Counted from the first letter of the stretch, positions 17,924-28,434 are shown. The stretch is DNA of 64,000 bases from Candidatus Aenigmatarchaeota archaeon (GCA_003663325.1 QMZT01000002.1:731-64730); one strand, 5' to 3'. Notes: generated by a model not told the origin, from the letters alone. Translations and numbers: made by a program.

Positions 17924-19396
17924 ATGCCGTTTGTAACGCTTATAAAAACATTTAAAAAGGAGGGTGAATGGGTAAATTATCAGATTGACTCCTTTAATCG
18001 GTTTATTGACTTTGGTTTACAAAAAATAATAGATGAGATTGGCTCGGTTAGAATAGTTCATGAAGCAGAGGATTTAAAGCTAAAGTTTGGGAAGATAGAG
18101 GTTGGGAAGCCTGTTGTTAAAGAAGCTGATGGCTCCGTTAGAACCCTGTACCCTAACGAAGCGAGAATAAGGAACATAACATATATGGCTCCTATGTATG
18201 TAACTCTTACGCCTATCTTCAATGGTGTACAAGAAAGACCAGAGCAGGTACATATTGGTGATTTGCCTATCATGGTAAGATCAAAGGTATGTAATTTGTA
18301 TGGTTTGAATGAAGAGCAAATGTATGAGGTTGGTGAGGACCCAACTGATCCAGGTGGTTACTTTATAGTTAATGGTACAGAGCGCGTGCTTGTGTTAATA
18401 GAGGAGATAGCATCCAATAAGCCTATATTTGAAAGGGATGGTGATTCTATAACTGTCAGAATAAACTCTGAAAGGTCTGGATTCAGGCAGAGGCATTTAA
18501 TAGAAATGAAACAGGATGGTGAGATGCAGATATCGTTTGCAAATATAAGAAGATTGCCAATAGTTGTTATACTCAAAGCATTAGGCATGGATAATGATAA
18601 AGAGCTGTGCTCATTAATATCTGATGATGAGAATATATTGAATGAATTCTATACAAATCTTTATGAGGTTGATGTAATAACAACGGAAGATGCCATAGAT
18701 TATATAGGCAGGAGGTTGAAGATATCGAAAGAGTATAGAGATGAACGTGTTAGCCAAATATTGGATCGTTACCTTCTTCCCCACCTCGGCCAAAACATAG
18801 AGGATAGGGCAAGAAAGGTTACATTCTTAGCAAGGATAATAAGGAAATGCATACAGGTAAAGCTGGATATGATACCCGAAGATGATATAGATCATTATTC
18901 CAATAAGAGGTTATTAATGTCTGGTGAGCTTTTGGAACAGCTATTTAGATCGATATTACTTGGAAGATGGGGGCTGGTAGCTAAAATGACGTATAATTAT
19001 CAAAAGCTTATTAAAAGAGGTAAATTTCCTTCCCTACAATCTATAATAGAGGCTAATACTGTAACAAAGCAGATACTCTCTTCTCTTGCTACGGGTGCAT
19101 GGGTTGGTGGAAGAACTGGTGTTAGCCAAAGGCTTGATAGAAGCAGTTATATAAAAACAATATCACATCTGAGGTCTGTTATATCTCCACTAACATCAAC
19201 ACAAGAACATTTCAAAGCAAGACAAATACATCCCACGGAGTGGGGAAGGCTCTGTCCAGCTGAGACACCAGAAGGATCCAGCATAGGGTTAAGAAAGCAT
19301 CTAGCATTGCTAACAGAGGTTACATCTGGCCTGTCTGATAAAGAGATGGAAGAGGTAATAAAAATAGTTGGTGAGAGGGTAAAGCATGAGGTGTGA
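17924..19396 (+). CDS. rpoB2: RNA polymerase subunit B''
   Basis: DPGGYFIVNG, GRLCPAETPEG. Confidence 0.97.
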   Translation: MPFVTLIKTFKKEGEWVNYQIDSFNRFIDFGLQKIIDEIGSVRIVHEAEDLKLKFGKIEVGKPVVKEADGSVRTLYPNEARIRNITYMAPMYVTLTPIFNGVQERPEQVHIGDLPIMVRSKVCNLYGLNEEQMYEVGEDPTDPGGYFIVNGTERVLVLIEEIASNKPIFERDGDSITVRINSERSGFRQRHLIEMKQDGEMQISFANIRRLPIVVILKALGMDNDKELCSLISDDENILNEFYTNLYEVDVITTEDAIDYIGRRLKISKEYRDERVSQILDRYLLPHLGQNIEDRARKVTFLARIIRKCIQVKLDMIPEDDIDHYSNKRLLMSGELLEQLFRSILLGRWGLVAKMTYNYQKLIKRGKFPSLQSIIEANTVTKQILSSLATGAWVGGRTGVSQRLDRSSYIKTISHLRSVISPLTSTQEHFKARQIHPTEWGRLCPAETPEGSSIGLRKHLALLTEVTSGLSDKEMEEVIKIVGERVKHEV

Positions 19397-21176
19397 TGTT
19401 TACATTAATGGTATGTACGTTGGTGTAACAGATAAGCCTGAAGAACTTGTAGCTGAGATAAGAAGGAGAAGAAGATATAACATGATACCTTCTGAGGTTA
19501 ACATAGCATACTTCAAAGAGTTCAACGAGATAAGAATAAATACAGATGCTGGAAGAGCTAGAAGACCACTTATAATAGTTGAGAATGGTAAGCCAAGATT
19601 AACAGAGGAGATGATAAGAAATCTTAAGGAAGGGAAGATAACATGGGATTATTTACTAAAGCATAATGTAATAGAATACTTGGATGCTGAAGAAGAAGAA
19701 AATGCGTACATTGCTCTAAGCCCTGAAGAGGTTACGAAAGAGCATACACATCTTGAGCTTAATCCCATGTCCATCCTTGGTATATCTGCCAGTATAACAC
19801 CGTACCCGGAATATAACAGGGGTGACAGGGTAAATTATGGAGCGAAGATGGTAGGACAAGCTATAGGAGCTCCTGTATTCAACTTTCTTATAAGAACGGA
19901 TACAAAGTTTAACATATTAGCATATCCCCAGCTGCCGTTGATTTACACAAAAACAGACAATGTACTTAAGAATCACCCTTATGGTCAAAATATAGTTGTT
20001 GCTGTTATGCCTTACGAAGGCTATAACATGAATGATGCTGTTGTTATTAATAAAGCATCCATAGAGCGGGGTCTGTTCAGATCTTTCTATTTTAGAACAT
20101 ATGAAACGGTAAGAAAGAGGTATTGGGGTGGACAGGAAGATATAATAGGTATACCAGAACCAGGGATACAGGGATATAGAGGGGAGCAAGCCTACATACA
20201 TCTTGATGAGGATGGTATAGTAAACCCCGAGACTGATGTTGGTTCTGACACCGTGCTAATAGGTAAAACATCTCCATTAAGGTTCCTTTCAGCTGGGGAC
20301 TTCACAGCAGATATAGAGAATAAAAGAGAATCATCTTTATGTGTCAAATATGGAGAAAAAGGTATAGTGGATAAGGTGATAATAACAGAAACACCTGATG
20401 GCGAGATGCTGTTTAAGGTAAGGGTAAGGGATGAAAGAAATTGTGAGGTTGGAGATAAATTTGCTACAAGACACGGACAAAAAGGTATTGCAGCCTTAAT
20501 AGTTCCACAGGAAGATATGCCATTTACAAAGGACGGGATAGTGCCAGATATAGTATTTAATCCCCATGGTATACCGAGCAGGATGACTGTTGGGCAATTG
20601 CTTGAAATAATAGCCGGAAAGTATGGTGCATTGGTTGGGAAGAGAATAGATGCATCTGCCTTTTCTGGAACAAAGGAAGAGGTTATAAGGAATGGTTTAA
20701 TAGAGCTTGGTTTCAGAGATGATGGTAGGGAGGTTTTGTATGATGGTAAAACTGGCAAGGCTTATGAGGCAACAATATTTATTGGGGTCAATTACTATAT
20801 GAAGCTTGATCACATGGTTGCGGACAAAATCCATGTTAGATCAAAGGGTCCCGTTACACTGCTTACACATCAACCAACAGAAGGGAGAAGTAAGAGGGGT
20901 GGCCTGAGAATGGGTGAAATGGAGCAGCAGTGCCTCGTAGGGCATGGTGCAGCACTTACATTAAGGGAGAGATTCAGCTCAGATGATACAACAATACCCG
21001 TTTGCTCTAACTGTGGGCTTATCGCAATACATGACAATATAAATAACAAATCATATTGCCCGGTTTGCAAGGATTCAAAAATAGTTAAGATAAGAACATC
21101 ATATGCCTTTAAGCTGATACTTGATGAATTAAAATCAAGTATAGTATATCCAAAACTTGTGGTGAAAGAGCTATGA
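19386..21176 (+). CDS. rpoB1: RNA polymerase subunit B'
   Basis: GDKFATRHGQKG, NPHGIPSRMT, C-terminal zinc ribbon. Confidence 0.97.
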   Translation: MRCDVYINGMYVGVTDKPEELVAEIRRRRRYNMIPSEVNIAYFKEFNEIRINTDAGRARRPLIIVENGKPRLTEEMIRNLKEGKITWDYLLKHNVIEYLDAEEEENAYIALSPEEVTKEHTHLELNPMSILGISASITPYPEYNRGDRVNYGAKMVGQAIGAPVFNFLIRTDTKFNILAYPQLPLIYTKTDNVLKNHPYGQNIVVAVMPYEGYNMNDAVVINKASIERGLFRSFYFRTYETVRKRYWGGQEDIIGIPEPGIQGYRGEQAYIHLDEDGIVNPETDVGSDTVLIGKTSPLRFLSAGDFTADIENKRESSLCVKYGEKGIVDKVIITETPDGEMLFKVRVRDERNCEVGDKFATRHGQKGIAALIVPQEDMPFTKDGIVPDIVFNPHGIPSRMTVGQLLEIIAGKYGALVGKRIDASAFSGTKEEVIRNGLIELGFRDDGREVLYDGKTGKAYEATIFIGVNYYMKLDHMVADKIHVRSKGPVTLLTHQPTEGRSKRGGLRMGEMEQQCLVGHGAALTLRERFSSDDTTIPVCSNCGLIAIHDNINNKSYCPVCKDSKIVKIRTSYAFKLILDELKSSIVYPKLVVKEL

Positions 21177-23671
21177 GCGTGAGCAAGATAGAAAGGATAG
21201 ATTTCGGTATACTTTCCCCTACAGTTATAAAGTCTATGGCAACGGTAAGAATAGTTACATCTGAGCTATATGATGCAGATGGCTATCCAGTTGACGGGGG
21301 TGTAATGGATCCACGCTTAGGTGTTGCAGATCCTGGGATAAGGTGTAGAACATGCAATGGAACGATAGGAGAATGCCCGGGACATTTTGGATATCTTGAG
21401 CTGGCAAAGCCTGTAATTCATATACTTTATACGAAGATTATATACAATCTTTTAAAGGTAACATGTAGGAAGTGTGGAAGAATAATGGTTAAGGAAAAGG
21501 TGAACATAAACAATATCCCACGAGACCAAATAAAAAAATGTCCTTTTTGCGGCGAGATCCAAAAAAAGATTACATTTGTAAAGCCTTACACATTTTATGA
21601 AGAAAAGGAAGAGTTAAACCCTCTAGAGATAAGGGAAAGATTTGAAAAGATACCAGATGGCGATCTAAGCAAGGTAGAATTCAATGGCGGCAGGCCGGAA
21701 TGGCTTATATTGACAATATTCCCAATACCACCTGTCACGGTAAGACCGAGTATAACACTTGAAACTGGTGAAAGGAGCGAGGATGATTTAACGCATAAGC
21801 TCGTAGATATAGTCAGAATAAATCAATCGTTAAAGGAGAACATAGATATAGGTGCTCCTGAGTTTATTCTTACGGACCTATGGGAGCTTTTACAATACCA
21901 TATTGCCACATACTTTGATAATGAGCTTACCGGTGTGCCACAAGCAAGGCATAGAAGTGGAAGGCCGCTTAAAGGCATTGTCCAGAGATTAAAAGCAAAG
22001 GAAGGGAGGATAAGAAATAATCTTTTAGGAAAAAGGGTTAATTTTTCAAGTAGAACGGTTATATCCCCAGATCCGAGGATAAGTATAAATGAGGTAGGCG
22101 TGCCAGAGGTTGTTGCAAATGAACTAACAATACCAGAGAGTGTCACAACACTTAATATAAAAAGGATAAAAGAGCTTATATTGAATGGCAGGGTCAATTA
22201 CGTTACTAGACCGGATAAAAGAAAGATAAAGGTGACAGAAGATAACAAAGAAGAGATAGTTAAAAATATAGGTGTCGGTTGGAGCGTAGACAGGAAGCTT
22301 GAAGATGGGGATATAGTACTCTTTAATAGGCAGCCTTCTTTGCACAGGGTTTCTATAATGGCTCACCGTGTCAAAGTCATGCCGTATCGTACGTTCCGCC
22401 TCAACCCCTCTGTTTGCCCGCCATACAATGCTGACTTTGATGGGGATGAGATGAATTTACATGCATTGCAGAGCGAGGAGGCACAAACAGAGGCATCTAT
22501 GCTCATGGAGGTAAAGCACAATATAATATCCCCGAGATTCGGTGGCCCACTCGTTGGTCTTGATCTGGACCAGATCTCTGGCATATACCTTCTAACAAAA
22601 AAGGGTGTTGTGTTTACAAAGGAAGAAGCTGCACAATTGCTAGGCTCGGCAAACATAGATATTGAGCTTCCAGATAAAGAAAAGATAACAGGCAAGGAGT
22701 TGGTAAGCCTTTTGATACCTAAAGGTGTTAATATAGAGTTCAAAACAAATTATTGTAAGGAATGCGATGAAAGATGTACAAAAGAAAAATGCAAACATGA
22801 TGCGTGGGTGAAGATAGTTAATGGTGAGCTAAAAACGGGCACGCTGGATTCATCTGCTGTGGGTGCGTTCAAGGGAAAGATGATAAATGAGATAAAAAGG
22901 GTTGCAAGTGAAGATGAGCTTAAGGACTTTATAGATAATTTAGGAAGGCTGGGGATAGCATACCTCATGCAAAGAGGCTTCTCTATAAGCATCGCAGATT
23001 TGGACCTAAGCAAAGATATTTTGGAAAAGGCACAAAGAGAGGTTGAGAAAGGGGAAAGAAATGTTCTAAAACTTATAGAGGAGTATAACAAGGGTGCGCT
23101 TGAGATAATACCTGGTATGACACCCGAGTCCTCCTTAGAAACGCATATCCTTTCCACACTGGCAAGGGTCCTGAATAATGTAAGCCAGCTTGTAGCAGAA
23201 AATATAAGGTATAGTGATATAGTTGTTATGGCAGACTCTGGGGCAAAGGGTTCTAACATAAACACAACACAAATGGCTGCTTGTGTAGGATCTGAGACGA
23301 TAATGGGTAAACGTATACAACGTGGTTATTACATGAGAACGTTGCCCCATTTTAAAAGAGGTGATTTATCAGCAAAAGCCCATGGATTTGTTGCCAGAGG
23401 GTTCAAGAAAGGTTTAACCCCCTTTGAGTTTTTCTGGAATTTGATGAATGGCAGGGAAGGATTAATGGATAAGTCCCTTCGTACGAGAAAATCAGGTTAT
23501 ATGCAAAGAAGATTCATGAACTCCTTGCAAGATTTGAGAGTGCATTATGATCTTACGGTAAGAGATTCAAATAATAATATAATCCAATTTGTTGCCGGGG
23601 AAGATGGTATAGATCCTACAAAATCAGACTGGGGAGAATTGGGATGGATAAATTATATAAGAGGTGTCTAA
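21173..23671 (+). CDS. rpoA1: RNA polymerase subunit A'
   Basis: CPGHFG and the catalytic YNADFDGDEMN motif. Confidence 0.98.
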   Translation: MSVSKIERIDFGILSPTVIKSMATVRIVTSELYDADGYPVDGGVMDPRLGVADPGIRCRTCNGTIGECPGHFGYLELAKPVIHILYTKIIYNLLKVTCRKCGRIMVKEKVNINNIPRDQIKKCPFCGEIQKKITFVKPYTFYEEKEELNPLEIRERFEKIPDGDLSKVEFNGGRPEWLILTIFPIPPVTVRPSITLETGERSEDDLTHKLVDIVRINQSLKENIDIGAPEFILTDLWELLQYHIATYFDNELTGVPQARHRSGRPLKGIVQRLKAKEGRIRNNLLGKRVNFSSRTVISPDPRISINEVGVPEVVANELTIPESVTTLNIKRIKELILNGRVNYVTRPDKRKIKVTEDNKEEIVKNIGVGWSVDRKLEDGDIVLFNRQPSLHRVSIMAHRVKVMPYRTFRLNPSVCPPYNADFDGDEMNLHALQSEEAQTEASMLMEVKHNIISPRFGGPLVGLDLDQISGIYLLTKKGVVFTKEEAAQLLGSANIDIELPDKEKITGKELVSLLIPKGVNIEFKTNYCKECDERCTKEKCKHDAWVKIVNGELKTGTLDSSAVGAFKGKMINEIKRVASEDELKDFIDNLGRLGIAYLMQRGFSISIADLDLSKDILEKAQREVEKGERNVLKLIEEYNKGALEIIPGMTPESSLETHILSTLARVLNNVSQLVAENIRYSDIVVMADSGAKGSNINTTQMAACVGSETIMGKRIQRGYYMRTLPHFKRGDLSAKAHGFVARGFKKGLTPFEFFWNLMNGREGLMDKSLRTRKSGYMQRRFMNSLQDLRVHYDLTVRDSNNNIIQFVAGEDGIDPTKSDWGELGWINYIRGV

Positions 23672-24782
23672 GATGGAACTCCCTTTAAAGATAGTCAAGG
23701 AAGTCGAGGAGTATATAAAAAATAATAAGATCGATAAGAAAAGGGCTGAGAAGATATGGGAAAGGGTAAGAGAGGCTTATAGCAATGCTGTATACGATCC
23801 TGAAGAACCCATAGGCGTCGTCACAGCCCAAAGCCTTTCTGAGCCTGCAACACAGATGACTATGCGTACATACCACTTTGCAGGTACAGCAGGTATACAG
23901 GTCACCCTTGGTTTGCCACGTCTCATAGAGATATTTGATGCTAAAAAGGAGCCAGAGACCCCAAGCATGACAATATATTTAAAAAAGGATTACCAAACAA
24001 AGGAAAAAGCCATGAGGATAGCTGAGGATATAAAGGAGATAAAGCTCAAGGATTTGGTTATCTCAACAACGATAGACCTAATAAACATGACCATTACATG
24101 CAAGCTTGATATGAATAAGCTTCGCAGATATAATATAAAGCCTGAGGAATTGGCAAAGAAAATAAAGCTTAAGAACTTGGAAATTACAACAAAGGAGGAC
24201 AGATTAATAGCTGTATCAACAAAAGAGGATGTAATAAATTTGCATAAACTTAAGTTCAGGATGCTTGAATCGCATATAAAGGGTGTAAAAGGTGTTACAC
24301 ATGTCATTTTAAGCAAGAATGAAAAGGGTGAGTGGGTTATAACAACCCTTGGTTCTAATCTTAAGAAGGTCTTTGATATAGAAGGCGTGGATGCAACAAG
24401 AACCTATACAAATAATATATTTGAAGTGTACGAGGTTTTAGGTATAGAGGCTGCAAGGAATGTTATAATAAGGGAGGCGATGAAAACTATAGAGGAGCAA
24501 GGGCTTGGGGTTGATGTTAGATACGTCTCCTTGCTTGCAGATTTGATGACGGTTACAGGGAAGATAAGAGGAATAGGAAGGTATGGTATTGCAGGAAACA
24601 AAGACTCTGTACTTGCAAGGGCGGCATTTGAAGAAACAAAAAAACACATAATAAATGCATCTGTAAAGGGTGCTAAAGATCCTCTTAAAGGACCAATTGA
24701 AAATATAATCTTAAACCAAGTTATACCACTAGGTACAGGTGCGTTTAAGCTAGTAGGTAGAATTGGGAAAAAAGGTAAATAA
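23664..24782 (+). CDS. rpoA2: RNA polymerase subunit A''
   Basis: AQSLSEPATQMTMRT, TLGLPRL, LARAAFE. Confidence 0.97.
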   Translation: MSKMELPLKIVKEVEEYIKNNKIDKKRAEKIWERVREAYSNAVYDPEEPIGVVTAQSLSEPATQMTMRTYHFAGTAGIQVTLGLPRLIEIFDAKKEPETPSMTIYLKKDYQTKEKAMRIAEDIKEIKLKDLVISTTIDLINMTITCKLDMNKLRRYNIKPEELAKKIKLKNLEITTKEDRLIAVSTKEDVINLHKLKFRMLESHIKGVKGVTHVILSKNEKGEWVITTLGSNLKKVFDIEGVDATRTYTNNIFEVYEVLGIEAARNVIIREAMKTIEEQGLGVDVRYVSLLADLMTVTGKIRGIGRYGIAGNKDSVLARAAFEETKKHIINASVKGAKDPLKGPIENIILNQVIPLGTGAFKLVGRIGKKGK

Positions 24783-24814
24783 AGTTTTAAAGTTTTTAAA
24801 ATAAATGTGATTTT

Positions 24815-25351
24815 ATGTTAAAAAAATGGCTTGACATAATTGATGGTGTTACCGTAAAAAATGAGAATGGTAAGGTAGTGGTTAGTGGTGAAAAGGGCAG
24901 CCTGGAAAGGACATTTACGCATCCAAAGCTTTCGTTAAGGATAGAGGATGGCAAGGTATTTATAGATGTTAAAGAGAGCAAGCGGAATATAAATGCAATC
25001 GCCGGCACGTGGAAAGCATTGATAAAGAACATGATGTTGGGCGTTAAGTACGGCTGGCAGGCAAAGTTAAAAGCAGTGCATTCCCATTTCCCCATGAAAA
25101 TGAAGGTTGAGGGCAATAAATTTATTTTAGAAAATTTTTTAGGAGAGCGAAACAAAAGAAGCGTGGAGATTTATCCCGATGTTGAGATTGAGATAAAAGG
25201 AAATGAGGTAATAGTGAGCGGGAGTGATAAAGAAAAGGTTGGCCAGATGGCCGCAAACATAGAGCAAATGACAAGGGTGAAAGGTTTTGATAAAAGGGTT
25301 TTTCAAGATGGTATATATATTGTTGAAAAAACACATCTAATGGGGGAGTAG
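24815..25351 (+). CDS. rpl6: 50S ribosomal protein L6
   Basis: HFPM, NFLGE, VGQMAANIEQ, D.RVFQDGIY. Confidence 0.95.
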   Translation: MLKKWLDIIDGVTVKNENGKVVVSGEKGSLERTFTHPKLSLRIEDGKVFIDVKESKRNINAIAGTWKALIKNMMLGVKYGWQAKLKAVHSHFPMKMKVEGNKFILENFLGERNKRSVEIYPDVEIEIKGNEVIVSGSDKEKVGQMAANIEQMTRVKGFDKRVFQDGIYIVEKTHLMGE

Positions 25352-25353
25352 CT

Positions 25354-25734
25354 ATGGAAACAGAAGCGTTGGTGAAGAGAAGGGAGATAAAGAAGAAAAA
25401 ACCACGTTTTAAGAGACAAGAATGGCACAGGCATAAGAGATTGGAAGAGAAGTGGAGGAGGCCGAAGGGTAACAGCTCAAAGTTAAGAAAGAGAATAAAG
25501 GGAAGGGGTAAGCTACCATCTATTGGTTACTCTTCACCAAAAGAGGTAAAGGGGTTGAACAGGAATGGTTTTAGAGAGGTTATTATAAAGAATATCAATG
25601 ACTTAGAAAAGATAGACCCAAGTAGAGAGGTTGGGAAAATAGCATCCAGCGTTGGTAAGAAAAAGAGATTTGAGATTGAGGAAAAAGCAATCAAGATGGG
25701 AATAAAAATAGTAAATGGTATGTTAAAATATTAA
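25354..25734 (+). CDS. rpl32e: 50S ribosomal protein L32e
   Basis: KPRFKRQ, WRRPKG..SK, IGYSSP. Confidence 0.95.
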   Translation: METEALVKRREIKKKKPRFKRQEWHRHKRLEEKWRRPKGNSSKLRKRIKGRGKLPSIGYSSPKEVKGLNRNGFREVIIKNINDLEKIDPSREVGKIASSVGKKKRFEIEEKAIKMGIKIVNGMLKY

Positions 25735-25744
25735 GGTGTAGAGA

Positions 25745-25906
25745 ATGTTTATCGTGTTTAGGAATAAATGCCCCGTGTGCGGGACTAAGGGAAAGGTGTG
25801 GCATAAAAGGCCCAGGGTTTTTGTTTGTCCGCATTGCCTAACAATTTATTCAAACTATGGTATAGTGCTTGAAAGTGATTATGAAGAAGAGAATTTATGG
25901 AACTAA
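25745..25906 (+). CDS. 53-aa CPxCG zinc-finger microprotein (not in the ORF track)
   Basis: MFIVFRNKCPVCG...CPHC...LWN*. Fills the gap after rpl32e and is preceded by an SD-like AGGTG. Confidence 0.7.
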   Translation: MFIVFRNKCPVCGTKGKVWHKRPRVFVCPHCLTIYSNYGIVLESDYEEENLWN

Positions 25907-25934
25907 ATATTAAAAATAATACTATTTTCTTTAT

Positions 25935-26315
25935 ATGGCAAAAAAGCGTGCAGACAAAAAGCTATTAATGTCTATTTTGGCTGAGATAATTAAAGAAAGA
26001 AAGGAAATAGAGACACAAAGATTGCTATTGGAGATTGTCAATAAGAGGTTGAATAGTAAGTATGCTGTATCTGGCAAAAGATTAAGGAAAATAATTGCTG
26101 AGATTCCTGAGATAGGTATTGCTACAAAAAATATATGTGGGGAGATGCCAAAAGCATGCCCTGTATGCAATGGTAAGCTTAAAGGTGTATATGTAAAAAA
26201 TCTCCAAGGCAAGAAGATATTGGTATCGATGAAATGTACAAGGTGTGGATATAAAGGCGGGAGTGGTAAATGGAGGGTTGGGAGGTATGTATTCTACTGG
26301 AAACCTAAGCTATAA
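25935..26315 (+). CDS. Hypothetical basic protein with a zinc ribbon
   Basis: CPVC...CTRC. Confidence 0.7.
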   Translation: MAKKRADKKLLMSILAEIIKERKEIETQRLLLEIVNKRLNSKYAVSGKRLRKIIAEIPEIGIATKNICGEMPKACPVCNGKLKGVYVKNLQGKKILVSMKCTRCGYKGGSGKWRVGRYVFYWKPKL

Positions 26316-26380
26316 TTTTCTAAAACAAAAAAGCAATACACAATAAAGGTTTATAAATATTTCATGGTAATAAATTAAAT

Positions 26381-26914
26381 ATGGGTGCATTTCAGACTTT
26401 GTTATACAATATGCAAAGATTGGAGTTTTTCCAGTTTTTATTCCCGTTCCTGCTTGCGCTAGCGATATTTTATGGTTTAATAAAAACGGCATTAGGTGAT
26501 AAGTTACCAGCAAGCGCACAAGCGCTAATCTCCATAATTCTAGCGTTTTTTGTGATGCTCTATACAAGCTGGAATATCATGGTTGTTGATTTCTTTGCAA
26601 AGATATCTGGCTATTGGCTCATGGCAGGCTCTGTACTGCTTTTTATATTGATAATGTTCGGTTTTGTTGGTGTTAAGCCAGAGGAGGCATTTGGCGGTAA
26701 ATCAAAAACAATATGGGCACTGGTAATAGTGTTTGTTGGCATACTTTTTGCATTAGGTGCGGGTGTTGATCGCCTTATAGGTATACCCAGCTGGGCCATC
26801 AGCTCTGATGTATGGACCATCATATTCTTTATAATAATACTTGCCATTGTTGTTTGGTGGATGGGTGGAGAGAAGGCTGAAGCTAAAGGTGCCGGAGAGC
26901 AAAAGCCTGGTTAG
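26381..26914 (+). CDS. Hypothetical membrane protein
   Basis: About five TM helices with an FPFLL...FYG pattern. Confidence 0.75.
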   Translation: MGAFQTLLYNMQRLEFFQFLFPFLLALAIFYGLIKTALGDKLPASAQALISIILAFFVMLYTSWNIMVVDFFAKISGYWLMAGSVLLFILIMFGFVGVKPEEAFGGKSKTIWALVIVFVGILFALGAGVDRLIGIPSWAISSDVWTIIFFIIILAIVVWWMGGEKAEAKGAGEQKPG

Positions 26915-26940
26915 GTAAAATAAAAGGTTTGTTATTATTG

Positions 26941-27705
26941 CTATGATTGGCTTTTTGGTACATTAGGGGCGTTGTGCTGAGCGTGCTGGATATGCCCTCT
27001 TTCTTTAAGCGTTCTTATTGTCTCCGAAAGGCTTCTTAAAGATTCAAGCATGGGCGTTAGAGAATCCTTGAATGCCCTTTCCATCGATTCTATCCTCTCA
27101 TTAAGCTCATTCATACTGTTTTTATATTCATCAATCTTTTCCTGTATGCTTTTTACCTCATTATTCCTCTCAACGCTCATCTTATTCATTTCCTCTTCTA
27201 CCTTGTTTATCCTTTCTACAATGCCTTGTATCTTTGTTTCCAAATTCTTGAAGTTTGTGGATATATCAGCCATCTTTTCTTGAACTATGACCTCAACAAG
27301 CTCCTCTATCTCTCTTCTATCAATGGTTTTTTTAGGCTCAGGTAGCGCAGGGGGTTTTTTGGGAGGTGGTAATAAAGGTTTTACCTCTTGTATTGGTGGT
27401 GCTTGGGGTGGTTGTGGAGGAGGTAATGGAGGTGCAGCAGGAGCAGGAGGTGGTGCTTGGGGTGGTTGTGGAGGAGGTAATGGAGGTTGTTGAGCTTCAG
27501 GACCAGGTCCCTTAACCTTCTTTTTCAATGCCTCTTTTATTGCTGCATCGATCTCTGTCATTGAATATCCTTGTTTTTGCAGGGCCTGTATTATCTCGGG
27601 TTCTGTGAGGCCACGAGAAGACATCATTTCAACTTCCATCACGGGTATAGGTCTGGATGGACCAGCTGGACCCTTTTCTTCCTTTTTCTTTTTACCAAAC
27701 AACAT
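26941..27705 (-). CDS. Proline-rich coiled-coil protein
   Basis: N-terminal helical domain, polyproline linker and C-terminal heptad coiled coil. Probable start MLFGKKK. Confidence 0.75.
   Translation of the reverse strand: MLFGKKKKEEKGPAGPSRPIPVMEVEMMSSRGLTEPEIIQALQKQGYSMTEIDAAIKEALKKKVKGPGPEAQQPPLPPPQPPQAPPPAPAAPPLPPPQPPQAPPIQEVKPLLPPPKKPPALPEPKKTIDRREIEELVEVIVQEKMADISTNFKNLETKIQGIVERINKVEEEMNKMSVERNNEVKSIQEKIDEYKNSMNELNERIESMERAFKDSLTPMLESLRSLSETIRTLKERGHIQHAQHNAPNVPKSQS
27395..27487. repeat. Exact 39-bp direct repeat (27395-27433, 27449-27487) encoding PPLPPPQPPQAPP
   Basis: Two identical copies of GGTGGTGCTTGGGGTGGTTGTGGAGGAGGTAATGGAGGT. Confidence 0.9.
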
Positions 27706-27762
27706 CAAAAACACCTTAATTATATTTTTACTTTTATATAAATAAAAGTTTTCCAATTAAAT

Positions 27763-28434
27763 ATGGGTCAAAAGCTTCTACCGACCAAAGAGCTTGTGAT
27801 AATTGTTGATATAAGGGAAAGGTATAGCAATGTTATTAGATACCTCTCAGAATGTAACGCTAACGTAGTGTTCAAAAGGCTCGATATAGCTGATTATATA
27901 TGTTCTGAAAGGGTTGGGATAGAAAGGAAGACTGTAACAGATTTCATCCAATCCATAATGGATAAAAGGATATTTAATCAAATGGAAGATATGGGCAAGG
28001 CATTTGATGCTCCCCTCTTAATTATAGAGGGCATGCAAGACTCGATATTTTTGCAAAGAAGTGTTCATCCAAATGCAATAAGAGGCGCTATAGCTGCAAT
28101 AACAATAGATTATCATATACCCATAATATGGACAAGGGGTGCAAGGGAAACGGCCATGCAGATATTTTGGATAGCAAAAAGAGAGGCTGAGGGGAAAAGA
28201 AAAGAATTGCAGATAAGGATAAAGAAAAAGAGCAAGGGGTTGGGATATGAACAGGAATTTTTAGTATCTGGCTTGCCCGGAATAAACACAAAACTTTCCA
28301 AACGCTTGCTTTCTGCTTTTAGAAATCCAAAAGCTATATTTAATGCAAGCATAGAGGAATTGATGAAAATAGAGGGTATAGGAAAAGAAAAGGCAAAGCG
28401 AATCTGGGACGTGGTGAATAAGAGATATGGCTAG
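27763..28434 (+). CDS. xpf: ERCC4/XPF-family nuclease (short form with HhH2)
   Basis: VDIRE, DY, IERKT..DF..S, and LPGI/IEGIG HhH motifs. Confidence 0.9.
   Translation: MGQKLLPTKELVIIVDIRERYSNVIRYLSECNANVVFKRLDIADYICSERVGIERKTVTDFIQSIMDKRIFNQMEDMGKAFDAPLLIIEGMQDSIFLQRSVHPNAIRGAIAAITIDYHIPIIWTRGARETAMQIFWIAKREAEGKRKELQIRIKKKSKGLGYEQEFLVSGLPGINTKLSKRLLSAFRNPKAIFNASIEELMKIEGIGKEKAKRIWDVVNKRYG

Noticed and set aside
17924-24782. Split RpoB and RpoA as a novelty
   Set aside because: Both splits are at the standard archaeal positions.
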